This document shows, piece after piece, positions 27,700 through 37,323 of a stretch of 64,000 nucleotides of DNA (its first letter is position 1; each line of letters opens with the position of its first letter). The position numbers were made by a program, and so were the translations under genes. The notes beneath the pieces were generated by a model. It was not told where the DNA came from, did no database searches, and was given only the letters and a program-made list of their open reading frames with translations. Source of the DNA: Trueperaceae bacterium (GTDB taxonomy: Bacteria; Deinococcota; Deinococci; Deinococcales; Trueperaceae); NCBI GenBank assembly GCA_965214995.1, contig CBDCCT010000002.1, positions 4,795,160 to 4,859,159 of the forward strand, written 5' to 3'.

Positions 27700-29240
27700 G
27701 CCGCACCCGGCTCGTCAACAGGGGGAGTTTCGGGCGGGTCGCCGCGCCGCTTGCGCAGCCAGCCCGTGAAAACGGGCGTGAGGAGCGATAACACGGTGAG
27801 CGTGATGAGGATGCGCGACAGCGTGCTCTCGAAAAGTTTCAAGAACGGATAATCATACGCCATCGCCGAAAGCGTCGTCTGCACGTAGCCGATTTCGGCG
27901 ATGGACCCGAGGATGAGCCCCAACACGATGGTCGCGGGGTCGATGCCGAGCCGTTTGAGAAAATAGCCTACAGTGCCCAAAACGAGCATAATCAGCACGT
28001 CGAGCCAGGTGTTGCGAAGCGCAAAGGTGCCCAAAATCGTAATCGTGGCGATGCTCGGCAGCAAGAAGTAGGCGGGCGTGGCGGCGACCGCGCGGTAGAT
28101 GAGCCGCCCGCCGAGGACGCCCACAGGGACCATCATGAGGGCGGCGAAGCCCATCGACAGGATAAAGCCGTAGGTGAGCGTCGCCCCCGGTCCGCTAAAA
28201 AGCGCGATGCCGGGGCGCAGGCCGTGCAGCAGCATGACGCCGAAAATCACCGCGTCGGGCGGCGCGCCGGGGATGCCGAGCGTTAAAAGCGGCACCATGC
28301 TGCCCGCCACGGTCACGTTGTTGGCGGTTTCCGAGGCGACGAGACCTTCTATGTGACCCGTGCCAAACTTTTCGGGCGTTTTTGAGAAGCGTTTGGCCTC
28401 GTTGTAGGCGACCAGGTTCGAGATGCTGCCGCCCGCCCCCGGGATGACCGAGATGATTTCGCCGATAATGCTCGAGCGTATCAAATTGCCGGGCATGGCG
28501 AACACGGCTCGAGCGGCCTTCAAAAACGAACTCTTCTCCGCCCCCTCGGGCGCGGCGCGCAGACCGGTCGTGCCCTTGGACGCCATCGTGAAGAGTTCGG
28601 GGATGACGAAAAGCCCGATAAGCGCGACGATAAGCGCCACACCGCCCTGCAACACGGGCAGGCCAAACGAAAAGCGCACCTCCCCACCGACGGGGGCCAA
28701 GCCGATGGTGCCAATCAGCACGCCCAGCGCGCCGCCGAGAAGCCCCTTAAGAAGCGACCCTGTACCGAGTGAAGCGATGAGGGTGAGGCCCAGCATAGCG
28801 ACCCAGAAATTCTCGCTCGGCCCGAAGCGCAGCGCGAAGCGCGCCAAAGGCGGCGCGAGCAGGAGCAAAAACCCGACGCCCGCGACGCCGCCGATGGCGG
28901 ACGCGACGGTCGCCGTCATGATGGCTTCTTCGGCCCGGCCCTGTTTGGTCAAGGGGTAACCGTCAAAGGTCGTGGCGATGGACGAGGGCGTGCCGGGCGT
29001 GTTAATAAGGATGGCGGCGAACGACCCGCCGTAAATCGCGCCCATGTAGACCGCGCCGAGCGCGACCAATCCCTGCAAAGGGTCCATCGTAAAGGTGAAG
29101 GGCAAAAGCAGCGCGAGCGCCATTGTCGCCGTGAGGCCGGGAATCGCGCCCACCAACAGACCCGCGGTGACGCCGCCCAGAATGAGCAGGAGCGTGAACG
29201 GCTGGACGATTTCTACGAGCGCTGGTACTAAAGCTCCCAT
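27696..29240 (-). CDS. tctA: tripartite tricarboxylate transporter TctA large permease
   Basis: 514-aa polytopic membrane protein with a TctA-like repeated architecture. Confidence 0.8.
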   Translation of the reverse strand: MGALVPALVEIVQPFTLLLILGGVTAGLLVGAIPGLTATMALALLLPFTFTMDPLQGLVALGAVYMGAIYGGSFAAILINTPGTPSSIATTFDGYPLTKQGRAEEAIMTATVASAIGGVAGVGFLLLLAPPLARFALRFGPSENFWVAMLGLTLIASLGTGSLLKGLLGGALGVLIGTIGLAPVGGEVRFSFGLPVLQGGVALIVALIGLFVIPELFTMASKGTTGLRAAPEGAEKSSFLKAARAVFAMPGNLIRSSIIGEIISVIPGAGGSISNLVAYNEAKRFSKTPEKFGTGHIEGLVASETANNVTVAGSMVPLLTLGIPGAPPDAVIFGVMLLHGLRPGIALFSGPGATLTYGFILSMGFAALMMVPVGVLGGRLIYRAVAATPAYFLLPSIATITILGTFALRNTWLDVLIMLVLGTVGYFLKRLGIDPATIVLGLILGSIAEIGYVQTTLSAMAYDYPFLKLFESTLSRILITLTVLSLLTPVFTGWLRKRRGDPPETPPVDEPGAA

Positions 29241-29450
29241 ACCCGCCGTTTCACCGTCGCTGTAAAGAACGGGACAAGCGTGGCAAGTCCGGTGACAGAC
29301 CCTGCGGTAGCTGCGGAAAAAGGCTTGGACACGGTGACGGTTTCCTTTGGGTGCGCTGGACTGTGGGGTGCGCCTCGAGCGGAGCGTGCAGCTAGGTGCG
29401 GTTGACCGCGGGTTTCATGAGTAGGCGTTGATAAAAAGGTAGAAAATAAA

Positions 29451-29488
29451 GGGCCGACAAAAAGGGGGAAAAGGAACGCTTTTCCCCC
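29451..29488 (-). terminator. rho-independent terminator/attenuator between tctC and tctA
   Basis: Minus-strand perfect 10-bp stem gggggaaaag/cttttccccc with a 5-nt loop, followed by TTTTGTCGG. It starts 6 nt after the tctC stop. Confidence 0.65.
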
Positions 29489-29496
29489 AAAGAACG

Positions 29497-30432
29497 CTAG
29501 TTACCGGCTTGCGCCTCGATGATGTCCTGATAGTTCTGGCGCATCTCCTCGACCACGGCGACCGCCTCGTCTCCCGAAAGGTAGGTGGGCAAATAGCCAA
29601 GCTCACTTTGTGCGTCGGCGATGTTGTTCGTCTCGGCGTCAAAGGCTGCGATAAGCGCGTCTTTGACCTCCTGGGGCGTGCCGTTGGGCACCGCGACGCC
29701 GCGGTACGCGCCGCCCACGATGTCGTAGCCGAGTTCTCTAAAGGTGGGCACGTCGGGCAAAAACGGAAGCCGCTCCTCGCTCGCCACCGCGAGCGCGCGC
29801 ACACCGTCCACCGCGAACAGCGTGGTGGAGTAAGACATGAGCGCCGACACGTGACCGCCTAAGACCGCCGGGTAGGTGGGGGCGGAGCCGGTGAAGGGGA
29901 TATAGGTGAGGTCGACGTCGGCAGCGTTCTCGAGCCGCAGCGTCTCCAGATGGTTGGCGCTCAACGTCCCGCTGCCGCCGACCGTGACAACCTGCGGGTT
30001 CTCACTGGCGAAGGCGATAAAATCCTCCAGCGTTTGGAACTCGCTGTCCTCTCTCACGACCAACATGCTGGGCGTAAAGTGAAACCAGTAGAGCACGTCG
30101 AAGCCGTCGGTGGTGTAGCCCGCGTCGGCGCGCGAGGCGGGCTGCGCGATGATGTGGGGCAAGTTCACGCCGATGATGCGGTAGCCGTCGGGCTGCGCGC
30201 TGCGCTGAAACTCGCTCCAGGCGACCGCGCCGCCGCCGCCGTCCTGGTTCTGGATGACGACGTCCGTGCCCAAAATTTCCTCCAGTCCCTCTTGCTGCAA
30301 GCGGGCGGTCACGTCGCTCTCGCCGCCGGGGTTAAAGGGAATGGTGTAGGTGATGGGTTGGTCGGGATACTGCGCCAGAGCCAAAGAGCCTACCGTCAGA
30401 GCGGTCACGAGCGCCAGCAAAATTCTACGCAT
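29497..30432 (-). CDS. tctC: tripartite tricarboxylate transporter substrate-binding protein TctC
   Basis: Signal peptide MRRILLALVTALTVGSLALAQ followed by a TctC/Bug fold. The start was trimmed to 30432. Confidence 0.8.
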   Translation of the reverse strand: MRRILLALVTALTVGSLALAQYPDQPITYTIPFNPGGESDVTARLQQEGLEEILGTDVVIQNQDGGGGAVAWSEFQRSAQPDGYRIIGVNLPHIIAQPASRADAGYTTDGFDVLYWFHFTPSMLVVREDSEFQTLEDFIAFASENPQVVTVGGSGTLSANHLETLRLENAADVDLTYIPFTGSAPTYPAVLGGHVSALMSYSTTLFAVDGVRALAVASEERLPFLPDVPTFRELGYDIVGGAYRGVAVPNGTPQEVKDALIAAFDAETNNIADAQSELGYLPTYLSGDEAVAVVEEMRQNYQDIIEAQAGN

Positions 30433-30621
30433 CTCAAACCTCCTAGATTTACCCGTCTGGGTTTCTGGAGTATAGCGCAGGGTTGATGATAAGTAAAACA
30501 AGCAAAAACGGCACTGGCGATAAGCTACACTTATGACATAAACACCAAAGTTTTTCCTATTTTCTTGGCAGGTTCTTAAACGACTGCGTCGGATGGCCGG
30601 AGGTCGACGGCGACTCTCCCG

Positions 30622-31344
30622 TCAGAGGTCCTGCCGCTGCGGCAGCATCACCACCTCCCGGAGCGTGACGTGGCGCGGCCTCGAGAGCATAAAGAGAATC
30701 ACGTCCGCAACATCTTCGGAGCGCAGGCTCTCGCACGCCGCCACCTGCGCCTCAATCTCCTCAGGTGCCGTGACGCCCCACAGTTCGTTGGCAACCCGGC
30801 CCGGTGCCACCGCACCCACCCGCACCCCCGACCCCGCCACCTGACGCCGTAACGTGTGGGTAAGCCCCCGCACCGCGTGCTTCGACGCGCTGTAGACGGG
30901 CTCCCACACGATGTCCTCGAGGCCCGAGATAGAACTCGTGATGATGATGTCGCCCGCGCGCCGCGCCATCATGTGCGGCAGCACCGCGCGGACGCAGCGC
31001 AATACTCCGTTGATGTTGATGTCTAACAGGCTGGCCCAGGCGTCCGGGTCGCCGTCGTGCAAGTCGCCCGCCAGATAGACGCCCGCGTTGGCGAGCAGCG
31101 CGTCAACCCGGCCAAAGTGCTCGACCGTCCGCGTGACCAGCCGCTCAACCTCCGCTCCTACGGTCACATCTGTGGCGACCGGAAGCGCAGCCGAGCCAAG
31201 GTTCGCCGCGAGCTTTTCTAACTTTTCAGTCGAACGCGCCGCCAGAACCACCCGGCATCCCTCCCCCACAAGGGCTCTCGCCGTCGCCGCGCCGATGCCG
31301 GAGCTTGCTCCCGTGACGATGACCACGCGCTCCGCTAAAGTCAT
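30622..31344 (-). CDS. SDR-family oxidoreductase
   Basis: 'VVIVTGASSGIGAATA' and 'YSASKHAV'. Confidence 0.85.
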   Translation of the reverse strand: MTLAERVVIVTGASSGIGAATARALVGEGCRVVLAARSTEKLEKLAANLGSAALPVATDVTVGAEVERLVTRTVEHFGRVDALLANAGVYLAGDLHDGDPDAWASLLDININGVLRCVRAVLPHMMARRAGDIIITSSISGLEDIVWEPVYSASKHAVRGLTHTLRRQVAGSGVRVGAVAPGRVANELWGVTAPEEIEAQVAACESLRSEDVADVILFMLSRPRHVTLREVVMLPQRQDL

Positions 31345-32660
31345 ACGTTCCCTTCGTTCTCGCTCTCCGGTAGCGCCTTGAAAAGCCGCCCCGCCTCGCT
31401 CAACGCTCGACCCAAGCCTACACCCCTCCCTAAGCCTTCGACCGAAAGAACCTCGACCCTTTCGGGCAGAAGTTGCCGGGCGTAACGCTCTTTGAGTTCG
31501 GCCAGACGCAGCTTGAACTCGAGTTCCAATCCCTCCACCGAACTCTGCAAATCGCGGTTCTTCTGCTCGCGCGCCGCCAAATTCGCCAACTCGCGCTGGA
31601 CCTCCGAGGCCACCTCTTCCAGGGTCTGCCGCGCCCTCACCAGGCTCGCCTGCCGCGCCGACCCGACCCGCTCGGCCACTTTTGTGTCCAACCTCACCTT
31701 GGTCTGCTGCAAATCGAGCGCGCGGCTCCGCGTTTCTTTGCGCCGGGTGCGGAGCAACGACTCCACTTGCTTGACCGCGGCCTCGACCCGCACCTGCTGG
31801 GTTTCCGCCATCGCCTCGATTTCTTTTAAGAGCGTCCGGATGGCCTCCAAATCGCCCAAAATCTCGTTGTTGGCCCCCGGCATACTGCCGCGCACCACCT
31901 CGACGCCGTAGGTCTCGCGCAGGTCGCCGTTGAGCGCTTCGATGATGTTGTCGATGCGGTCGCGCCCGCTAAACTTGACGCGGGCGTCTTCGACGGAGGT
32001 GATGATGCGTAAATTAAGGTAGCTCGCGTAAAGGCTCAGGATTTTCATGATGTTGCCCGGGCTGCTCTGCTCGATAAAGACCGCGGGATTCGTCACGCGG
32101 AACACGAGCTGCTGCGTGAGCGCGATGGAGGCGTAGTCGGCGGTGAAGTTGGCGTCCTCCAAGTCAACGACCTGGTCGCGCTGCGACACGAGAAAGGGGA
32201 TAAAGGTGTCGAAGCGCCTCAGCCAGTTGCGACCGCTGTGCGCGTTCCGCCCGGTCGGCTTGCCGTAACGGCAGATGACGCCCGCATAGCCGTCGGGCAC
32301 GTCCACGCGCGCGTTGCTGAGGTAGCGCCCGGCGAAGATGAGACCGCCCAAGAGCAAGACAGGGAGCGCCAGGAGCTTGAGAAAACTCGGTAGCAAGATG
32401 AGCATGAGCAGGCCGAGCGTCACGAGGCTAAGGCCCGACAAACGGCGCTTGTCGGGCACAAAGGTCAGGATGCGCTCCTCATCCACCTTGCTAAAGCGCC
32501 TCAAGTCGCCCTCGGAGACGCCGCGCTTGACCGCGCCGACCATCTGCTCGAGCTTACGGCTCACCGCCACCTCGACCTCGCGCGACCCGCCTTCTAAAAG
32601 TTCATCTAACGAGTTCTTGGCGTTCTCGCTCAAGCGTTCGCCCAAATCGCGGTAGCTCAC
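31341..32660 (-). CDS. SPFH/band-7 (flotillin-like) membrane protein with long coiled-coil tail
   Basis: N-terminal TM segment, an SPFH-like core ('TADYASIALTQQLVFRVTNP...YGVEVVRGSM') and about 150 aa of coiled coil. Confidence 0.55.
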   Translation of the reverse strand: MSYRDLGERLSENAKNSLDELLEGGSREVEVAVSRKLEQMVGAVKRGVSEGDLRRFSKVDEERILTFVPDKRRLSGLSLVTLGLLMLILLPSFLKLLALPVLLLGGLIFAGRYLSNARVDVPDGYAGVICRYGKPTGRNAHSGRNWLRRFDTFIPFLVSQRDQVVDLEDANFTADYASIALTQQLVFRVTNPAVFIEQSSPGNIMKILSLYASYLNLRIITSVEDARVKFSGRDRIDNIIEALNGDLRETYGVEVVRGSMPGANNEILGDLEAIRTLLKEIEAMAETQQVRVEAAVKQVESLLRTRRKETRSRALDLQQTKVRLDTKVAERVGSARQASLVRARQTLEEVASEVQRELANLAAREQKNRDLQSSVEGLELEFKLRLAELKERYARQLLPERVEVLSVEGLGRGVGLGRALSEAGRLFKALPESENEGNV

Positions 32661-34345
32661 GCGCGCACCTCCACTTCAGCAAGGCCCATGTCCGGCTCCC
32701 TCTCATCTTCCATGACCGACTCCGTGACCGAGCGGGCGATGGCGTTGACCTGCTTGCGCACCGCCTCGGGCGTGTATTTGACCTCCGCCCCCGAGCCCAT
32801 CGGGACGCCCTCCAACTCGCGGGTAAGGCTCGCCATCAGCGCCGGAACGTCGAGCTGGTATCCCTCCAGGGTCGTGCTCGTCTGCGCTTCCGCCACGCCC
32901 TTCGTTTTGAGGTCGCGCAGCACTTCAACCATTCCGCTCTTCTCGAGCAGCGTCTCAATGTAATCACCCTCAAAGGTGAGCGCGCTCAGGTCGGCCCGGT
33001 CGGTCACCACGCGGCTCACGCGCGGTAACTGAGAAATAGCGTCTTCTAAACGCGCCAAGAGGTCGTTCTGTTTCTGGATGTAGGTCTCGAGCGCCGCGCT
33101 GCTCACCCCGCGGGCCCTGGCCTGCTCCTTGAGCGTCGACGCCTGCGAGAGCGCGGGCGCGAGCCGGGCGGCGACGATGTTTTTGATGGCGGCCTCGCGC
33201 GCGCCGATGATGCCCTCTTGCGTGGCCCGGTCCTCTAAGGTGGTCTTTATGGCGTCAATCTCGCTGATGATGCGCTCGACCTCCAACACGCCCAGAGACA
33301 CGTCGGCGACCTTGGCGGCTATTTCTTCGGAAATCTCTTCTTCGGTAATGTCCTTGAGCGTTTCGGTCGCCTGCCGCACCCGCGTGATGGACGACACGAG
33401 CCCGACCGCGAGCGTGCGCAGGTAGTCGTCGCCAATCAAGTTGCCCTGCGGCAAGTGGTCCAAGAGCGCGATGCCGTAACTCTCGCCTAAGCTTTGCAGC
33501 TTGCCGAGCAGCGCCCGCCGCCGCGGCGTGCCGGACTCGGTCAGGTCGAAGCGCGACACGTCCAACTCGGCGATGCTGGCGATTTTCGAGAGCAGTTCCA
33601 CGCTCAAGTCGCTACGCTCCAACTCGGTCAGCCGGTCGGTGATGCTCTCCTCGTCGCCCGCGGGGATGCGCACCCGCTCGACCAGGAAGCGGTTGAAGTC
33701 TCGAGCCGACACCTTTAACATCTCGTCTTTAATCACGCTCTCGAAGAGTTCCTGGAGCTGCGTGCAAAAGGGCTCGAAGCCGCCGCGCTCGAGCAGCCGG
33801 TAAGTGTCATGAACCTGCGCGACGAGCGCGCCCTTGTAAGACAAGCTGATGTTGTCACCCGTGGCACCCTCCACCGGGGGCATGTTGAGCACGAACGGCT
33901 TGGTCGAAACGGCGGCGTAGGGGCGCACGCGCGGGTCGATGATGCGCGCGCTTCGGCCGGGCTGGAGCGTGCGCACGATGCGCTGGTGCTTGGTGAAGTG
34001 AAGCTCGACCCCCGGCTGCCCCTTGAAAAATCCTGCCCTGAGAAGCGTGGCGGCGAAGTAGAGCGCGTAAACGAGGACCGCGAGGCCGTACTGCAAGGGC
34101 GAGATGAGTTGTGCGCCGCTGAGCCCTTCCAAGCCGGGCACGCCCTCCAACCAGGCCAGAGGCCGCTGCACAAAGTAGAGACTCAAAACGACGAGGAAAC
34201 CGGCGGCGCGGAGCACCAGCGGAACCATCCCCAGAGGCGTGCGCTCCAAGTAGGCAATGCCGACCGTCTCACCCTCCTCGTTTTGTTTGCCGATGCGCCG
34301 CAGCGCGTTCGTTACCCCCGTTCTTACTTCGGTGACTCCTAGCAT
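32657..34345 (-). CDS. SPFH-like membrane protein, paralogous partner (562 aa)
   Basis: Two N-terminal TM helices, an SPFH-like core and a long acidic coiled-coil tail. It overlaps the downstream paralog by 4 nt. Confidence 0.5.
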   Translation of the reverse strand: MLGVTEVRTGVTNALRRIGKQNEEGETVGIAYLERTPLGMVPLVLRAAGFLVVLSLYFVQRPLAWLEGVPGLEGLSGAQLISPLQYGLAVLVYALYFAATLLRAGFFKGQPGVELHFTKHQRIVRTLQPGRSARIIDPRVRPYAAVSTKPFVLNMPPVEGATGDNISLSYKGALVAQVHDTYRLLERGGFEPFCTQLQELFESVIKDEMLKVSARDFNRFLVERVRIPAGDEESITDRLTELERSDLSVELLSKIASIAELDVSRFDLTESGTPRRRALLGKLQSLGESYGIALLDHLPQGNLIGDDYLRTLAVGLVSSITRVRQATETLKDITEEEISEEIAAKVADVSLGVLEVERIISEIDAIKTTLEDRATQEGIIGAREAAIKNIVAARLAPALSQASTLKEQARARGVSSAALETYIQKQNDLLARLEDAISQLPRVSRVVTDRADLSALTFEGDYIETLLEKSGMVEVLRDLKTKGVAEAQTSTTLEGYQLDVPALMASLTRELEGVPMGSGAEVKYTPEAVRKQVNAIARSVTESVMEDEREPDMGLAEVEVRA

Positions 34346-34564
34346 AAGCTCCTTTCAAGGGCACAGCTCTATTCGGCTTTATCTTAAAGGATTTGCCGGG
34401 TGTGTTCCTCAGTCAAAAGATGGTGGGTGCGTCTTGCCTGACGCCAAGGATAGGGGCTTGACCCCTGTAACCGCCTTTTGGCACGTGCGTTGGTTCGTGA
34501 GTGGGCTCGACCAGAAGTATTAAAGACAGTTTGGCATTAGAGGTTGAGGTAAAAACTCGAGTTT

Positions 34565-35083
34565 TTACACCTCAACAATGCCGCGAAGGAAGGACAAGTT
34601 TTCTACTTCTGTCTCACCTATAACTTCCTGATTTTTCTTTAACTGGTTTAGGATACTGCATAGGTCGTTCTCCATAACTGCGAGTTTGCAGTACGGCAGA
34701 TAGTACAGGTGTCCAAAATCTCCAAGCTCAGAAGTCTTCTTTGGTTCCCTCCGACCCAAGTAATACTTGTAGAAGATAGCCATTGCACGTAAACGGATAC
34801 CACGGAAGTTCTCCAGCTTTAATTTTGAGAAGTCACCCTCAGTAAACTGCTTCAAGAACTCTCTATGTAATCCTGCTAAAGCCTGAACCGTCATCAAATT
34901 TGAAAACTCTCCGGCTTGTTCTTTGGTGTACTTGCCTTGTTGCGGAGTTGGGAAGTTTGCCTTGAGCCTTAGGTGTTCTTGCGGAAGCTGACCTGCTTGA
35001 CGCATCTGTTCTTCTCGAGCCTTAGTCACATAATCTTCCGAGAACAAACTTTCTTTAATAATGTTGATTCCGTTTGGTTCCAT
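34565..35083 (-). CDS. hypothetical protein (low-GC cassette, gene 2)
   Basis: About 42% GC. ORF track 34565..35125, probably starting at the internal Met at 35083. No family recognised. Confidence 0.45.
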   Translation of the reverse strand: MEPNGINIIKESLFSEDYVTKAREEQMRQAGQLPQEHLRLKANFPTPQQGKYTKEQAGEFSNLMTVQALAGLHREFLKQFTEGDFSKLKLENFRGIRLRAMAIFYKYYLGRREPKKTSELGDFGHLYYLPYCKLAVMENDLCSILNQLKKNQEVIGETEVENLSFLRGIVEV

Positions 35084-35094
35084 CCATAGTGGAT

Positions 35095-35412
35095 TTATCG
35101 GTAGGGCATTAGAGGTTCTGACCAAAGTAGAGGATGAGCTTCTACTTCTTCTTGTAATATCTCTTCCCTTGACTTAATAAGAGCAGATGGTAGGACAATC
35201 AAAAGGGCGACTAGATGCTCATGCAATCTATCTGCGTCCGACAACTCCAGCATGTGCATTTCGGAAATAGCGACTGTCAAATCTCGTTTGAGAAGATAGT
35301 CTCTGAATTTCAAAACTTGTGCCCCGTTTTTGTTCTGAAGCTTTTTAGCGAGGTAACTCAGCACATTTGTGTCGAGATAGGCAAAGTTTCTGTAGGTATA
35401 AACTTCACTCAC
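35095..35412 (-). CDS. hypothetical protein with PIN-like N-terminal motif (low-GC cassette, gene 1)
   Basis: 'AYLDTNVLSYL' resembles the first acidic motif of a PIN domain. About 42% GC. Confidence 0.45.
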   Translation of the reverse strand: MSEVYTYRNFAYLDTNVLSYLAKKLQNKNGAQVLKFRDYLLKRDLTVAISEMHMLELSDADRLHEHLVALLIVLPSALIKSREEILQEEVEAHPLLWSEPLMPYR

Positions 35413-35542
35413 GTCTTTGGTCCTGACCTATCGCTTCGTAACTGGACAGCGTAGTATCCCTCACAACGGGTCTGTCATTGGGTACTCAGCCTTCACTCCC
35501 ACTCTTTTCCAATCCCGGCCCTGGTATTTTGCTTGCCCTCTA

Positions 35543-36304
35543 CTAACTCGCCTGCCGCCCCCGATTCGCAAAATGCTGCTTGAGCCCCCTTATCCACGGG
35601 CTGTTCTCGCGGCGGTAAATCCCCGACGACCGGTTGTAATACTTGAGCGCCCCCTCATAAACCTCGTTCGCCGCCTCCGCGTCGCCCCGTTTGTCCAAGG
35701 CCAAGGCTAAGTGATAGCGGGGCTCTTCGCTGTAGCCGCGTTGGGCGAGCGCACGGTATTCGGTGATGGCCGCCTCCAACTCGCCTTGCGCCTCCAACAT
35801 GCGCGCGCGCAACAAGCGCACCTTGTCGGGCTCGAAGCCGGGGCTCTCCTCGCGGATGCTGTCCAGAATCGCCTGCGTGTGGGCGGGCTCGCCCTTGGCG
35901 GCGTAGGCCTTGGCGAGCGCGAAGAGCGTCTGCGGGTCGTCGGCGAACACGCCCTTGAGACCGGCCTCGAGCACCTCAATCGCCTCGTCCAAACGCCCGT
36001 GCTTCATAAGCTCTTCGGCGTAAGCTTGGCGAGTAGCGATGGTGTCGTGCTCGCTCAGAATCTCTTCCAACTCTTGCAAGCGGCGGCCAGGTTGCAGCGT
36101 GTTGACGACCCCCGCCCCGGCCTCCCGAAAGTGCCTGTCAACCCGCAGCGAGGGCAGCATCTCGGCGAAGAAGTAGATGAGCACGCCGATAACGGGCACG
36201 AAGATGATAAGAAAAATCCACAGGTACTTGCCGTTGCGGTAGGCGTGAACCCCGCAGATGATTTGCGCGACAAGAACGAGTAAGCCTGAAATTGAATAAG
36301 TCAT
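35543..36304 (-). CDS. PLDc_N (PLD-nuclease N-terminal membrane domain) + TPR-repeat protein
   Basis: N-terminus 'LLVLVAQIICGVHAYRNGKYLWIFLIIFVPVIGVLIYFF', followed by 3–4 TPR-like repeats. Confidence 0.6.
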   Translation of the reverse strand: MTYSISGLLVLVAQIICGVHAYRNGKYLWIFLIIFVPVIGVLIYFFAEMLPSLRVDRHFREAGAGVVNTLQPGRRLQELEEILSEHDTIATRQAYAEELMKHGRLDEAIEVLEAGLKGVFADDPQTLFALAKAYAAKGEPAHTQAILDSIREESPGFEPDKVRLLRARMLEAQGELEAAITEYRALAQRGYSEEPRYHLALALDKRGDAEAANEVYEGALKYYNRSSGIYRRENSPWIRGLKQHFANRGRQAS

Positions 36305-36477
36305 GGTGCTCCTGTATAGATTAAGCCGAAAGGCTAAACGCGCCTCTCCAAGCCGTTGTTCCTAAAAATATGCTACCAAATCCTTACCAATATTCAGGTT
36401 TACCCGCACACCACGCTTCTTTGGGTGATGCACCGTTTGCAAAAATCGGCAGTGTAAGCCGACAGTGTAAGAACGAA

Positions 36478-37323
36478 TTAGGGTCCAGGAACAAAACGCC
36501 GGGTCTGCGCCTCACCGTTGCGCCCCAAAACGCCCAAGTCCCGCCCGTCCGCGAACACGTGAACGCCCCCCGCGTTGGTTGTGCGGAGTTCAAAGGGCGA
36601 GGTGAACTGAAACGTTTCGCCGGGCTCCACCACGCGGTTGACGAGCACTTCGTTGCCCTGCGGCGTGATTGACGAGACCTCGAGCCGCGCTCTCTGGGTG
36701 ACGGTAAGCGTTACCTGTTCGCCGGTTACTGGCGTTGGGGGTGCGTCCGAAGCGCCCTCAACTCGAGCCTCGGTGGGAACAGTTAACTGCGTTTGACTCG
36801 GTACGGCGGCGGGGGAGGCTGGCAAGGGTGCGGCAGCCGGGGCGGTGTTTGGCATAGGGGGCGGTTCGCTCGCGGCCTCGCCTTGCACAAGGGGTTCTTC
36901 AGGAACTAAGAGAGATTCACTTTCCACCATCTCTGCCGCACTGGTCTCCGCTTCGCCCATTGTATCTGCATACGTATTTACATCAGCACTGGGTGCCGAA
37001 GGTGCGGCGGCCTCTGGTACGGGCACTGCCTCCATCGTCCCTTCCGTCGGCATGGCGTACCGCGGCACGAGGAACAAGGCCGCCACCACCACGACCGTCA
37101 GCGCGGCGGTGAGAGAAGCGTAAGTAACGGTTCTCTTTTTAGAGCCTGCAAAGCGGAGCACGAGCGCCAAGCGTAGCGCGCCCAAGCCCCACCGCAACCG
37201 GGTGGAGCCGCCTTCGACAAAGGGGAGTTCGTGCGCCATCTCCTCGAGCCACGCCCGGTCCCTTGCGGGTGCCAAACGCCGCGCGAGCGCCAGAAGACCC
37301 TCCGGCAGTCTGTAACCGCTCAT
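36478..37323 (-). CDS. membrane protein with RodZ-like C-terminal DUF4115 domain (PadR-associated)
   Basis: TM helix, Pro/Ala-rich linker, then C-terminal 'VTLTV...RLEVSS...VLVNRVVEPGETFQFT...GGVHVFADGRDLGVLG'. Confidence 0.55.
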   Translation of the reverse strand: MSGYRLPEGLLALARRLAPARDRAWLEEMAHELPFVEGGSTRLRWGLGALRLALVLRFAGSKKRTVTYASLTAALTVVVVAALFLVPRYAMPTEGTMEAVPVPEAAAPSAPSADVNTYADTMGEAETSAAEMVESESLLVPEEPLVQGEAASEPPPMPNTAPAAAPLPASPAAVPSQTQLTVPTEARVEGASDAPPTPVTGEQVTLTVTQRARLEVSSITPQGNEVLVNRVVEPGETFQFTSPFELRTTNAGGVHVFADGRDLGVLGRNGEAQTRRFVPGP

